64,000 nucleotides of DNA from Adineta vaga (lineage: Eukaryota; Animalia; Rotifera), in the NCBI GenBank assembly GCA_021613535.1, contig CP075497.1:10168001-10232000 (forward strand). The letters run 5' to 3'. This document shows positions 39,691 through 53,300 of the stretch, in pieces. The position numbers and the translations under genes were made by a program. Below the pieces are notes generated by a model that did not search any database, had not been told where the DNA came from, and saw nothing but the letters and a program-made list of their open reading frames with translations. Numbering within the stretch: position 1 is the first letter of the stretch; each line of letters opens with the position of its first letter.

Positions 39691-40113
39691 ATGGTTTCAG
39701 AAGGCAAGGAACATGCTGTTCAACATTTATCGAAAGCAGAATTAGCATTTATTGCTGTTCTTTTTGATGCTCAAGGTAGTTTAGCGGATGGTCATGAGAA
39801 AAAACAAAATGTTTATGAATTAAAATTTGAAAATATCAAAATTATTCGAGGACATATGGATCGAACAACGGATGGAACACTTTTTCATTATCGGCAAAGT
39901 CCAAAAGGTTTGAAATTTAAAATCGAAAATGAAAGTAACGAACAAATTCAACAAGCTGCAGAAGATGATGAAGTCAAAGAACCAAAAGAAGGAAAAACTT
40001 ATTTAGCTATTCTTACTGATCCAGATCATATTGAAGTTTTGGTTGAAATCAATCCTCATGATATTTCAGAAATCGTTCAAAGTGCACGAGATAAAGAAAC
40101 AGCTACTGTATAA
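39691..40113 (+). CDS. Intronless 140-aa protein of unknown function
   Basis: Clean ORF with host-like codon usage; AATAAA at ~40245; no recognised domain. Confidence 0.65.
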   Translation: MVSEGKEHAVQHLSKAELAFIAVLFDAQGSLADGHEKKQNVYELKFENIKIIRGHMDRTTDGTLFHYRQSPKGLKFKIENESNEQIQQAAEDDEVKEPKEGKTYLAILTDPDHIEVLVEINPHDISEIVQSARDKETATV

Positions 40114-41388
40114 ACTTATTCTTTTCTTTTTATTCAACAATGAATTACTCTCGCGTGTGTATTGTGGTAATCGATTTTGTTATGATATATTCTTATTTTA
40201 TTCTAGCATTTCGTTGTGATTTCGTGTACATATATTAGATTTTGAATAAAGTTCAGAATCAACTTATGTATTGTCAATAGTCAAATTTGAATTCTTGACA
40301 CATTTTAGATCGAGTGTAATTTTCTTGTGTAGTAAAATCTTAGAAATTTGTAGGTATAGATTTGATACAAAACTCGACCAACTATTTCGAAGACTTTTAT
40401 AAGCTATTAAAAATGTCGATTTCTCATGGTACAAAACTAAATATTTGAAGAATATACTGACTATTCATTCGAAATAGATTCACATACAATCAATCCTTTT
40501 GTTTTGTGTAAATATTCTCTCCACCAGCAGCACCTGCATTTTACCGATCGATTCATCAAGGTTACTCGATACTGTTATTAATCAGAATGATGTAACATTA
40601 TTTTGTTACTATTAACAATCTAAGGCAAGAGGACGCCACATACAAAAAAAAGTAGACAATACAACTTTCTGCACTAAGGAGGTTATCGTCAACATCATCT
40701 TTTCTAACAATGCCAAATGTCTCATCATTAAATAATCGAATGTTTTCGTTTCGAAAGAATAATAAATAAGTTGAATAATTATAAACTTTAATATACACAA
40801 TCAGTTTTACAGAAGAAAATGTTGATTTTTACTTAACATCAATAGTTAAAAGCATAATGAAAATATGTTGCTCTTTCATTTCATATTTTAACAAGAGTAT
40901 TGTTTCATTGTAATGAACAGATCAAGAGTTCTGATTGCGAAACTGTGGTGTAAGTCACAAATATGATCTAGAACTTATTTCATCTCTCAGCAACGAACCA
41001 ATAAATAAACAAAAGAGTTCAACAGCTTGTAGATGATACATCTACAATTATGAAAATGTTGAATAATTATCATAATAGTTTAAAGATTCTATATAAATTT
41101 AAGTAACATCAGCATGACAACGATACTATTCCTGAATATCATCGAAACAGAGTACAGAGTGTGGATAAATAACTCTCCTGATCAATAATCTTTGATTACA
41201 ATTCAATTGTCTGCTTATCATATTATTAAAATTTTTTAAAAACTCGCCATCTGATCAGATGTCGCTTTGTTGATTTAACTTAAATTTGAGGGTCATGTTA
41301 TGACAACCAATGTTCCAAATGCCAGAATGATTTCGTGTATACCTGAATATTCTTTATTCATTTACACTTACAAATACTAAGGTAAGCG

Positions 41389-44300
41389 ATGGCTGATGGT
41401 GGAATGTTACCGTCATCAACACGAGCAGCAAATTTTCGTTATGGAAATACTGATCAAAATCGTCTTGTCAATCGATTAGTATCCCATCCATTAAAATCGA
41501 TTCAAGATGATCACACTAGTTCCCCGCAACCACCCGGTGGTGATCATTACCGAGCTTTTTCGAATAAACAGACACCTGTTGAACATAAATTTGAACCTTT
41601 ACCAGTACTTAAACGTTATCAAAAATACAATGATCCGAAAGAAATTCAAGCACGTAATCGACAAGAATTAATCGAAGCAAATAAATTACGTATTTCATCT
41701 CCTGAATCACCAGCAGAAAAACGTGCGAAACTTTCATTACCACCGGTTCGTTAATTTGATTTCTCTTTAGTTTCCACAATGTGTATGATTGATTTTGAAA
41801 TATCTAGATCAATGGTCGAACTTCAGAAATGAGCAAAGCAAGCGATGTGGCTTCCGATTGGGGTTCAACTGCATCTGCTAAACGTAAACAGCTTGATGCT
41901 CGAGGTACTGAATAAGAATAACTGGAAAATCAATGATTGACTGATTCGTTTATCATCTATTTCTAGAAAAAATGCAAGGAGAATCGAACATGGGCAAAGT
42001 AATCGATTATATAAGACAAGCACCTGATGGTTTCTTTCTGTATCTATCACATTTATATTCACGAAATGACACACGACATAGTTATTATAATCTAAAGTTT
42101 GTTGATCTTTCTGTAAACCATGTCATCTAATTGTATTCATATAGAGTTGTGAATTATGAACAATGTGGACGAGAATATTTCACAATTTCCAATGCTGGTG
42201 TTAGTTATTATCGTCCAGGAGAAGAAGTGGAATTTACTCCATTGGAAAATTTTGCAAAAGAATATTATCGATATGTTCGACTCATCAAAGTAATTTGTTT
42301 CAAATGTTTTGTATATTATAACGAATTTCTTTTGTTTAGATCAAAGTCTTCTCAACTTTCAGGTAAGTGATACACGATTTTAGGATGTTTAACTATGAAA
42401 AAACAAATATTTGATTTTCAAGAATGTGGAAAGCATTTATGGTATGGTACAAAAATATTCGTATCAAACAAGTATCTCAATCATCGAAAGCTTTGAAAGA
42501 AAACTTATTTTTCTTACAAGACGTAATTAAAAAACATATTCAACAATACAAATAAAGATTGAAATTTTCATTTTCTAGGCATTACGACCTGCTCTATTAA
42601 ATATTCGTGAAATGTGCTTTCGTATTAGTGATATGAGTCTTTGTAAGATTGAAAAGAAACATACATATACATTACGTGAAGTTCGTATAAAAGAATTCAT
42701 ATTGCATAATTCTTATAAAAATATATTTGATGATAGTTCGTCGACAGTCAAACAGAAACATTGAATCAAGTTGCAACACGTTTACAAGAATTTCGTGATC
42801 TCGTTAAAGATGTTGTTGCTAGTGCATGTCGAACACGTTTATTTGAAGCTGGATTTGTACCAGATGATTTTCTTCATCCAACTGATACATCTGCTGGTAT
42901 GAATTCTTCAATCTATTGAGAATTTATTAAAATCAACTTTTCTGTTTTGTCTTTTATTAGATGGACTTAATGGTGCTGCGTTTACTATGCCTGATAGCAT
43001 GGACATTGATACATTAGCACAACCTCCTGATAAAGCTACGTATGCGGAACAAGCAAATAAACGAGCACAATGCCGACGATTAACAAAGTAAATAATCTTT
43101 TTTTTGTTTTCGAATGAAAACTTAATGTAATCGATTCAATAAATATTTTTCTAGTTTTATTCGTTTATGTGATTATCTTATTGTCAATACGTTTCATGTA
43201 CTCGCTGTCAATTCAGTACATTCATTAAAAAATCATTTTCTCGAACAAATTGAAGCTACACCGAAAAAAGATGAAATCATCGGATATGTCGAAGAAATCA
43301 AACGAAAAGTCGATAAGGAAATAGCAGCAGTCGTCGAAGGTGAAGAAGAACAACAAGGAGAAAATAAAGAACCACCACCGCAACAAATTCCACCACCTGG
43401 ACCACCTGGACCACCTGCACCTGGAACTCGACAACTTGGAGAAGTAAAAATATTACGAATAATAAAATACAAGCATTAATTCTATTTGTTTTTTCGTTAT
43501 AGGAAGATGAAGTTGTTAAACGTCATATTCCATTATTTGTGACGGAAATGAAATTATGGATCGAATCCATTCAATATGATCCAGATGGTACTACTTTTCA
43601 AAATGGTTTGTTTTATTCTTCATTCTATTCTTTCAAATTTACTAAATTATTTCTGATTTCAGGTATAAACAATGTCATAAGTAGTTTTCAAGATACTCTA
43701 CTTTCGATTAGCAATCTTTTACCTGACGCAACATTTAACAACTTCACTCAACCATATATCAATGAAAAATACGAAGAAAAAACATGTGGTATGAAATTGT
43801 TGTATTGTTTATTTCTAGAAATTCGAATAATTTCCATTGAAAAATATAGGTGATGGACCTGATCTTCGTAATATGTTCTTAGCTGATTATCACTTTAAAG
43901 ATTTAATCAAAGATTGTAATAGTTCATTGGAAGCTGGTTTTAATGCAGCGAAAATCTATGCTGATACATTTGATGAATTCCATCAATTCTATGTTGAAAA
44001 TGAAAATACAAATATCGAAACATTGAAAACTGAATCGCATGGTATGATGTTTTTCTATATGAAATCATTTGATGATTGTTTTGCTTTCGTAGATGTAGAA
44101 TTCTTTGCCGAATCATTAGCAAGATATACACGTCAAGAAAAGATTGCTCAATCGATTGATGCGAAGAAACCATTAGGTCTTCTAATGATCGATGCAACCG
44201 ATACAAAGACGAAATTAGAACCATCACCACGAAGGTAACTTGATCTGAAATGTTTTTCATTCGATAGTTTTATTTCTCTTTTGTTTTTATAGAATTTTGG

Positions 44301-47300
44301 ATGTTATTAATGAAATTTTACCGAAAATTGCAAAAGCAAAAACCGATGCTGTCAAATCCGAAGCTCAAGATGCTACGGTTAAATTGGAAACGAAACCTGA
44401 AACTACAAATGATTTTGTTGATGCTTTAACATTTCTGGATGAAATTCAAGAACGTATTGATCCACTCGAACAAGAAGCTGAAGTTGTTCGTCAAATGTAT
44501 GAATTAATCGATCAATTCACCGTTCCATGTCCACCTGAAGATATCGTCTCATACAGTTCATTAGCAACAACATTAAATAGTTGTCGAAATGCCATTGATA
44601 AAGCATTAACAGAACGTGATGCAAATGTTGTGAAATTTGTTAGTTTATTGGATAAAGATATTGAAATTTTGACACAAGAAGTTCGACAAATTAAACAAGA
44701 TTCACAAAATCCAATTATTCTCGATCCAACAGCTGATAAAGATAAAGTGAAACTATTATTAGATGATTATTTGAAGAAAATTGATTACCAACAAAAAACT
44801 TCAACACAATATCGTTTATATCAAAAGAATTTCAAAGTCGAAGTAACGAAATTCGATGAATTAGAAGAAGTTTATGGTGAATTGAAATTGAAAGAATTAC
44901 TTTGGAATTCCTTGAATGAATGGGATGTTATGTTAGAAGAATATAAAATAGCAGATTTTAATAAATTAGATCATGAACAATTAACAGGAACAGTTAATAA
45001 ATATGGAAAGAATGTTTATCAATTAGAACGTGGTTTACCACCGAATCAATTAGTACCAATATTAAAAGATAAAGTGGAATCACTTCGAGCGAAAGTAAGT
45101 GACGAAATTAGAAAGATAAATTCATGCGAAAGTTTATTTAGTTACCAACGATTACAAATCTTCGAAATCCGAATTTACGTCGTCGTCATTGGGAAGTTAT
45201 TGAAGATTTGATTAAATTTCGTAAGTTTATTATGAGCAAATTTTGACGAAAGAAATGAATCAATTGATCTTTTTGTTCTAGATTCAACACCAGAAGAACC
45301 TTTAACATTAGGTAAATTAATCGATATCAATGCATTTCAACATGAAGAAAGACTTCAAGAAATATCTGGTCAAGCTAGTTCGGAATCTAGTCTTGAAGGC
45401 ATTCTTAAACGAGTAATTCATTTCTTTTTCAAGATTTTCTCATCTGAAGATATTTTCTTTTCTAGGTTGAAGATTCTTGGAAATCAGTGGAATTTCCAGT
45501 TATTCCATATAAGGAATACAAAGATGTGTTTATTCTTGGTGGTACTGATGATATTATTCAATTATTAGATGATGCCGTTATTAATATATCAACGATTGCT
45601 AGCTCACGTCATGTAGGTCCAATTCGACCACGTGTTGACGAATGGCAAGCAAATTTAGATCTATTTGCAAAAACACTTGATGCATGGTCAAAATGTCAAA
45701 AAACATGGCAATATTTAGAGCCCATCTTTGGTGCACCTGACATTCAACGACAATTGCCAGCCGAAGCCAAAATGTTCAATCAAGTTGATAAAACATTCAA
45801 AGATGTTATGAGAAAAACGAATAAAATTCCATTAGCTATCAAAGCTGGAACACAACCTGGTAAGTGAAGTGTTTCTTATTTTTTTTTAAAAAACAACTGA
45901 TATCAGTAGATCGATGTCATACGCGTTCTTTACTATGAAGTGTAAATTTATATTCCGTTTAGGTTATTTGGAATTATTTCAGACGAACAATGCTTTACTT
46001 GATCAAATTCAACATGCTTTAGCTTCATATCTCGAAACAAAACGATCGAACTTTCCACGGTAGATCATTGAAATATACGTATTATTAAATAAACCTTTTC
46101 TTTCCTTTTAGATTCTACTTTTTATCCGATGAAGAATTACTTGAAATTCTTTCTCAAACACGAAATCCATTAGCTGTTCAACCACATTTGCGAAAATGTT
46201 TCGAAGGTATTAATCGTTTGGAATTTATCAGTAAAAGTGGTGATGATATGGAAATGACTGTAACATTAGCACCAGAAATTCGTGCTATGCTTTCACCCGA
46301 AGGTGAACGTGTTGAAGTTTTGAAAGTTAAAGCAACTGGAAATGTCGAAGATTGGCTAAAACAAGTCGAGAAAAATATGATTACAGCTGTTCGTGCATGT
46401 ATTAAAAAGGCAAAGGATGATTAGAAAAGTGTGCGCGAAGAATGGCTCGTTCGACATCCTCATCAAGTAAATGGAAATATGATCTTTCATTTTGTAAATA
46501 TAAAATTGATATATTTGATTTCGATATATAGAGCGTTTTAACAGTATCACAAACGTATTGGTGTTTAGCTTTGACACATATTTTAATGAGTGATGATTCA
46601 ATTCGACAAGAAACTTTAGAAGAATTCGAACAAACAAGTTATAAAAATCTCAATAAATTAGCTGCTCTTGTTCGTCAAGAATTACCACAAGTAACTATCT
46701 ATTCAATCATTTCATTCTCTTACAATGGTCTATTTCTTTAGCTTGTTCGTGATGTTTGTCGAGCATTAATTACCATTGATGTACATGCTCGTGATATTGT
46801 TTCCGAAATGGTTTCAATCAAAGTAAGTTTTAAGATTTTTTTTGAAAACAAAAACAAAACATGTTTCGTTTCTATTTAAGAATGCTAGTATTACAAGTTT
46901 TGAATGGTTAAAACAATTGCGATATTATTTTGAACAAGATATGACTGTCATTCGTATGGCTAATGCACAATATATCTATGGTTATGAATATCTTGGTGCA
47001 TCTGATCGTTTGGTTATTACACCACTTACAGTTTGTTGATTTTCAATTATTGAACGAATTTATGTTACTATTTTTTCCACTAGGATCGATGCTATCTATG
47101 TTTGATGGGTGCATTACAATTAGATTTAGGTGGTGCACCAGCAGGTCCAGCTGGTACGGGAAAAACTGAAACAACCAAAGTAAATTAACGATACTTGATG
47201 GAGATTATAACAATTAAGGATTGATCTCTTGTAGGATTTGGCAAAAGCTCTGGCTAAACAATGCGTCGTTTTCAATTGTAGTGATCAAGTTGATTATAAA

Positions 47301-50300
47301 GTATGTGGGACTTCGAAATTGAATTCATAATTGTAACCATTCTGTGATTTATCGTGTAGATGATGGGTCGATTTTTTAGTGGTTTAGCACAATCAGGTAT
47401 ATTTCTTTTTGAATTGAAATGATGTAATAGAAACTCATGTTCATATTATTAGGCGCTGGGCTTGTTTTGATGAATTCAATCGAATTAATATTGAAGTACT
47501 TAGTGTCATTGCACAACAATTAATTACGATTCGTGATGCTAAATCAGCAAAAGTAAGATCGATTCATCAGCGATGTCTTCTAGAAATTCATTAATTTTTA
47601 TTCTTCTAGTTATCAACATTTATGTTCGAAGGACGTGAAATTCGACTTGTACCAACATGTGCTGTTTTTGTAAGTCTTTTTTTTTCGAAATGAAACTTCT
47701 TTTACAAATTTCTCTCGTTTGTTCTGCATTAGATCACAATGAATCCAGGTTATGCTGGTCGTACCGAATTACCTGATAACTTAAAAGCTCTATTTCGACC
47801 TCAATCGATGATGGTTCCAGATTATCGTCTTATTGCCGAAGTTATTCTTTATTCTGAAGGTTTTGAAAACTCAAAAGTTCTAGCTCGTAAAATGGTTCAA
47901 ATGTACAAATTATGTTCCGAACAATTATCTCAACAAGATCATTATGATTTTGGTATGCGTGCTGTCAAATCCGTTTTAGTTATGGCTGGTGTATTAAAAC
48001 GCGAAAGTCCAAATATTGACGAAGATCTTGTTTTAATTCGTGCTTTACGTGATTCGAATTTACCGAAATTTTTAACTGACGATGCTATTCTCTTCAAGGC
48101 AATTATTCAAGATTTGTTTCCAAATGTTCTTCTACCCGAACATGACTAGTAAGCGAAAGAATTAGACATCGACTGAAATAGAAATAAGTGTTTTCTTTGT
48201 AGTGGAGAATTACGTCGAACAATTCTTGATGTTCAAACACGTCGAGAATTACAAAATGATGAATCGCAAATACGAAAAGTCATTCAATTCTATGAAACAA
48301 TGCTTATTCGTCATGGTGTTATGTTAGTTGGACCAACATTAGGTGGTAAAACAACTGTATACCGTATATTATCTGATTCATTAACAGATTTACATGCACA
48401 TGGTGTTCCATATCATTTCTATCAACCAGTACATACATATGTACTTAATCCAAAATCGATCACTGCTGGAGAATTATATGGTGAATTCAATAAAACCACG
48501 ATGGAGTGGAGAGATGGTTTGATGGGTAGTAGTGTTCGACAATGTGTATTAGATCAAACAAAAGATCATCATTGGATTATTTGTGATGGTAAAGTTTTAT
48601 CTGATGATTATTGAAACTTGGTTTTTTATCTATAATATGAAACTTTTCTAGGTCCTGTCGATGCAGTTTGGATTGAAAATTTAAATACAGTATTAGATGA
48701 CAATAAAATGTTAGTTTGATCTGTCTTCTAATATCTATTGATCTCTCTCGTTCGTTCGTTCGTTTAGGTTATGTTTAGCTAACAGTGAACGTATCAAATA
48801 TACACCATACATGCATATGGTTTTCGAAGTCCAAGATTTAGCTAGTGCTTCACCTGCTACCGTCAGTCGGTATGTATTTGATGAACTATCTGATGAACGT
48901 TTTTTTATTTTAAATGTTCATATTCTAGTTGTGGTATGGTCTATATTGATTCCAATGATATACGATGGTATCCATATGTAAAAACATGGAGCCGAAAATT
49001 TGAAGAAAAATTTGGAGAATTTTATACGGAATATCTTTTAAATCTATACAATACTCATATTGATAAAGGTCTTATTTTTGTACGAAAAAATTGCAAAGAA
49101 GTTATCAAACAGGTACAATGAAACTTAGTGTTTATTTCGTTTCGAAATTTTCCATAAAACTGACTATATTTTAGGTTGATATTGCTAAAGTAATAACATT
49201 ATGTTGTTTGATTGATTCTCTATTAACGACGGATAATAAAATTGATACGAAATTAGAAGAATCAAAGATAAAAATAATGATTGCTACAACATTTGTTTTC
49301 TGTTATGTTTGGAGTGTTGGTGGCAATATCATCTCTAAAGATTGGGATCAATTCGATACATATGTTCGTCAACAATTTGAGGAAGATGCTGATGCAAAAT
49401 TAGGTCAAGGTGGAGATTTATTTTCCTATGAAATCGATGTACATCATCGTCGTATGGAAACATGGGAAAAAAGTGTACCCGCATTTAAATATGATAAAAC
49501 AAAACCATTCTTTGATTTACTTGTACCAAATATTGATTCATGTCGTTTTGGATATCTACTTGAAAAACTTGTGGCAGTAAATAAATCGGTTTTATTCACC
49601 GGAGAAACAGGTGTTGGAAAAACTGTTATTGCACGTGCACAATTATTGAAATTAGCTGATGAACAAAATATTTTACCATTATTTTTAAACTTTTCAGCAC
49701 AAACAAGTAGTAAACGAACACAAGAAATGATTGTACCAAAATTAGAAAAGCGTAAGAAAGGTGCTCTTGGACCACCAAGAGGTAAACGTATGGTTATTTT
49801 AATTGATGATTTAAATATGCCAAAACTTGAAACATATGGAGCTCAACCACCAATGTAAGTTTTTGCTTTTATCAAAAACATTGTCTTATTCGAATCTTTT
49901 CAGTGAACTTTTACGACAATATCAAGATTTTGGTGGTCTTTATGATCGAGAAACATTGAAATGGATAGATATTCAAGATGTTATTCTCTGTGCTGCTTGT
50001 GGTCCACCAGGTGGTGGTCGTAATCCAACGACTGCTCGACTTCTTCGTCATTTTGCTATCTTCGCTATTCCAGCACCTTCTGAATACAGTCTTAAACATA
50101 TATTTAAATCAATTCTCAATGGTTATTTAGCTGATTTTAATCAAAATGTTAAAACAGCTGGTGATGGTATTATCGATGCTGCAGTAGAAATCTATTCACG
50201 TATGAGTGCAGAATTATTACCAACACCAACTAAATCTCATTATGTGTTTAATCTACGAGATTTATCAAAATGTATTCAAGGAATATTACAAGTAAGATAA

Positions 50301-53300
50301 AAACAAAACATTCATTGAATATTTGATTTTGTCCTCTTTTTCATCTAGGTCAAACCAGAAAGTGTATCTGATCAAGGAAGTTTAGTTCGTGTATTTTTTC
50401 ATGAAGCAATGCGTGTTTTTCATGATCGTTTAATCAACGATGAAGATAAACAATATTTTCATAATATGCTTGCTGAATTAGCTTCGCGATTATTTGCCAT
50501 TCAAATTGAAGCCACAACATTCGTGAAAAAACCAATTATCTTCGGTGATTTTATGAAAGTAGGTGCACCAAAAAATGAACGTCTCTATGAAGAAATCACA
50601 GACATGAATAAAATTCGCAATGTTCTACAAGATTATCAAGAAGATTACAATTTAACCAATAATAAAAATACTCGTCTAGTCTTTTTCATGGATGCTATTG
50701 AACATATTGCTCGTATTGCTCGTATTATTCGACAAGATCGTGGTAATGCTTTACTAGTTGGTGTAGGTGGCACAGGTAAACAATCGTTAACACGTCTTGC
50801 AAGTCACATTTGTGGTTATAAATGTTTTCAAATTGAATTATCACGTGGTTATAATTATGATAGTTTTCATGAAGATTTGAAAAAATTATATGAACAAGCA
50901 GGACCAAATAATCAAAATACTGTCTTTTTATTTACGGATAATCAAATTGTTGTCGAAGAATTTCTTGAAGATATTAATAATATTCTCAATTCAGGTGAAG
51001 TACCAAATCTATTCGATAAACAAGATGAATACGAAAAGATGATTATCGGATGTCGAGTAAGTTGATCAATGAAATTGAATATTTAAATATTTGTTTTTGT
51101 TTTTGATTTAGCCTGGTGCTAAAGATGCTGGTATACCAGAAAATGATCGTGACGCAATCTATACGTTCTTCATTAATCGTGTTCGAAATAATCTTCATTT
51201 AGTTTTATGTATGTCACCTGTTGGTTCATCATTTCGTACACGTTGTCGTATGTTTCCATCATTGGTTAATTGTTGTACATTGGATTGGTTTTCTGAATGG
51301 CCACGTGAAGCTTTATTATCTGTTGCACATACATCATTTGAAAAATATCCATGGTCTAAAGGTGAAGAATATATGGTAGATGCATTGGCACAAATGAGTG
51401 TAGAAATTCATATGAGTGTATCAGCAAAAGCAAAACAATTGCTATCGGAATTGAGAAGATATTATTATACAACACCAACATCGTATTTAGAATTGATTAA
51501 TTTATATTTAATGATGTTAAATGATAAGAAAAAGTAAGAATGACGATTTTGTTCATGATTTATCACTTGATTGTGTTTTTCTTTTCAGAGAAATTGATGC
51601 GGCACGAGCACGTGTAGAACGTGGTTTGAAAAAATTGGAAGAAACTAATGTTTTAGTTGAAGAAATGCAACTGGAATTAGTAGCATTAGAACCACAATTG
51701 AATAAAAAATCAGAAGAAACAGCTAAATTGATGGAAACATTAGCTATTGATCAAGAAAAAGCTGATGAAGTAACGGCAAAGATTACATTTGTTGATATTT
51801 ATTATGTAATTTAGGTACGTCGTGTAGTCATGGAAGATGAAGCTGTTGCTCGTGTAAAAGCCGAAGAAACTCAAGCAATGAAAGATGATGCTCAACGTGA
51901 TCTTAATCAAGCATTACCAGCTGTTGAAAAAGCAAACGAAGCTATTGGACGTTTGAAAAAAGAATCGATCGGTGAAGTTCGAACATTTACAAAACCACCT
52001 CATATGGTTGAAGTCGTTATGCAAGCTGTTTGTATTATGTTTGAAAAGAAAAAGGTAGGCCGTTTGTCATTATCAGATTCGAATTGAAACTTATATTTCG
52101 GATCTTTTAGGATTGGGCATCAGCGAAACTTTTACTTGGTGATTCTGATTTTCTTAATCAAATTCGTAACTATCCGAAAGATAATATTCCAGAATCAATT
52201 TTACGTGATCTTAAACCATATTTACAAATGCCAAATTTTAATTATAAAGATGTTCTTCAAACTTCTGTCGCATGTGCCAGTCTTGCCGAATGGGTTATTG
52301 CCATGGATATGTATGCAAAGATTTCCAAAGAAGTAGCACCAAAACGTAAACGTGTCGCAGCAGCTGAAGCTGATTTACGTTCTGTTACTGATCAATTGAA
52401 AAAGAAGCAAGCACAATTACAAGAAGTTGAAGTTAAAATTAAAGATCTTCAAGATTCGTATGATCATCAAGTTGCTGAAAAGAAAAAACTTGAAATATCT
52501 ATTATGCAAACACAATCACGATTGAAACGTGCTTCGAAATTAACAACAGCTTTAGCTGATGAACAAATACGTTGGAAAGAAAATATCAATGAATTTATGG
52601 AACAAATGAAAACTGTTACTGGAAATGTTTTCGTTTCATCAGCATGTGTTGCTTATTATGGAGCTTTTCCATCATCATATCGAACGGAAGTATGTACTGT
52701 ATAAATTTCCGTTTCATAGAAATTTTTGAATTCATTTGTAGCTTGTGGATCAATGGGTTACGGGCTGTAAAGAACATAAAATTCCAATCCTAGATAATCC
52801 ATCAATCATTAATGTACTTGCGGATGCATTCTCAATTCGACAATGGGTGACACAAGGTTTACCACGAGATGATTTTAGTACAGAAAATGCTATTCTAGTA
52901 ACCAAAGGTCGTCGATGGCCTCTGTAAGAAATATATAGTTATACAATGGAATTAAATTTTTGCATCGTGTTTTCTTTCTTCTTCTCTATTTAGAATTATC
53001 GATCCACAAGAACAAGCGAATCGTTGGATTAAAAATAAAGAAAAAGATAATCAATTGAAAATAATTAAAATGACCGATGGTCATTTCTTACGTATATTAG
53101 AAAATTGTGTACGTATTGGTATGCCATTATTACTTGAAGATGTCGGTGAAACATTAGATCCAGCATTAGAACCTATTTTACTGAAACAAACATTTATGTC
53201 GGTATGTATTTTATTCATTCTTTTCGGAACATTTTAACAGAATAATAATTGTAGGGTGGTCGATTATTAATTCGTTTGGGTGATTCAGATATTGAATATG

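Noticed and set aside
43370-43430. Collagen-like [11 protein letters not shown] in DNAH6
   Set aside because: Too short for a triple helix; it is a proline-rich linker in the dynein tail.
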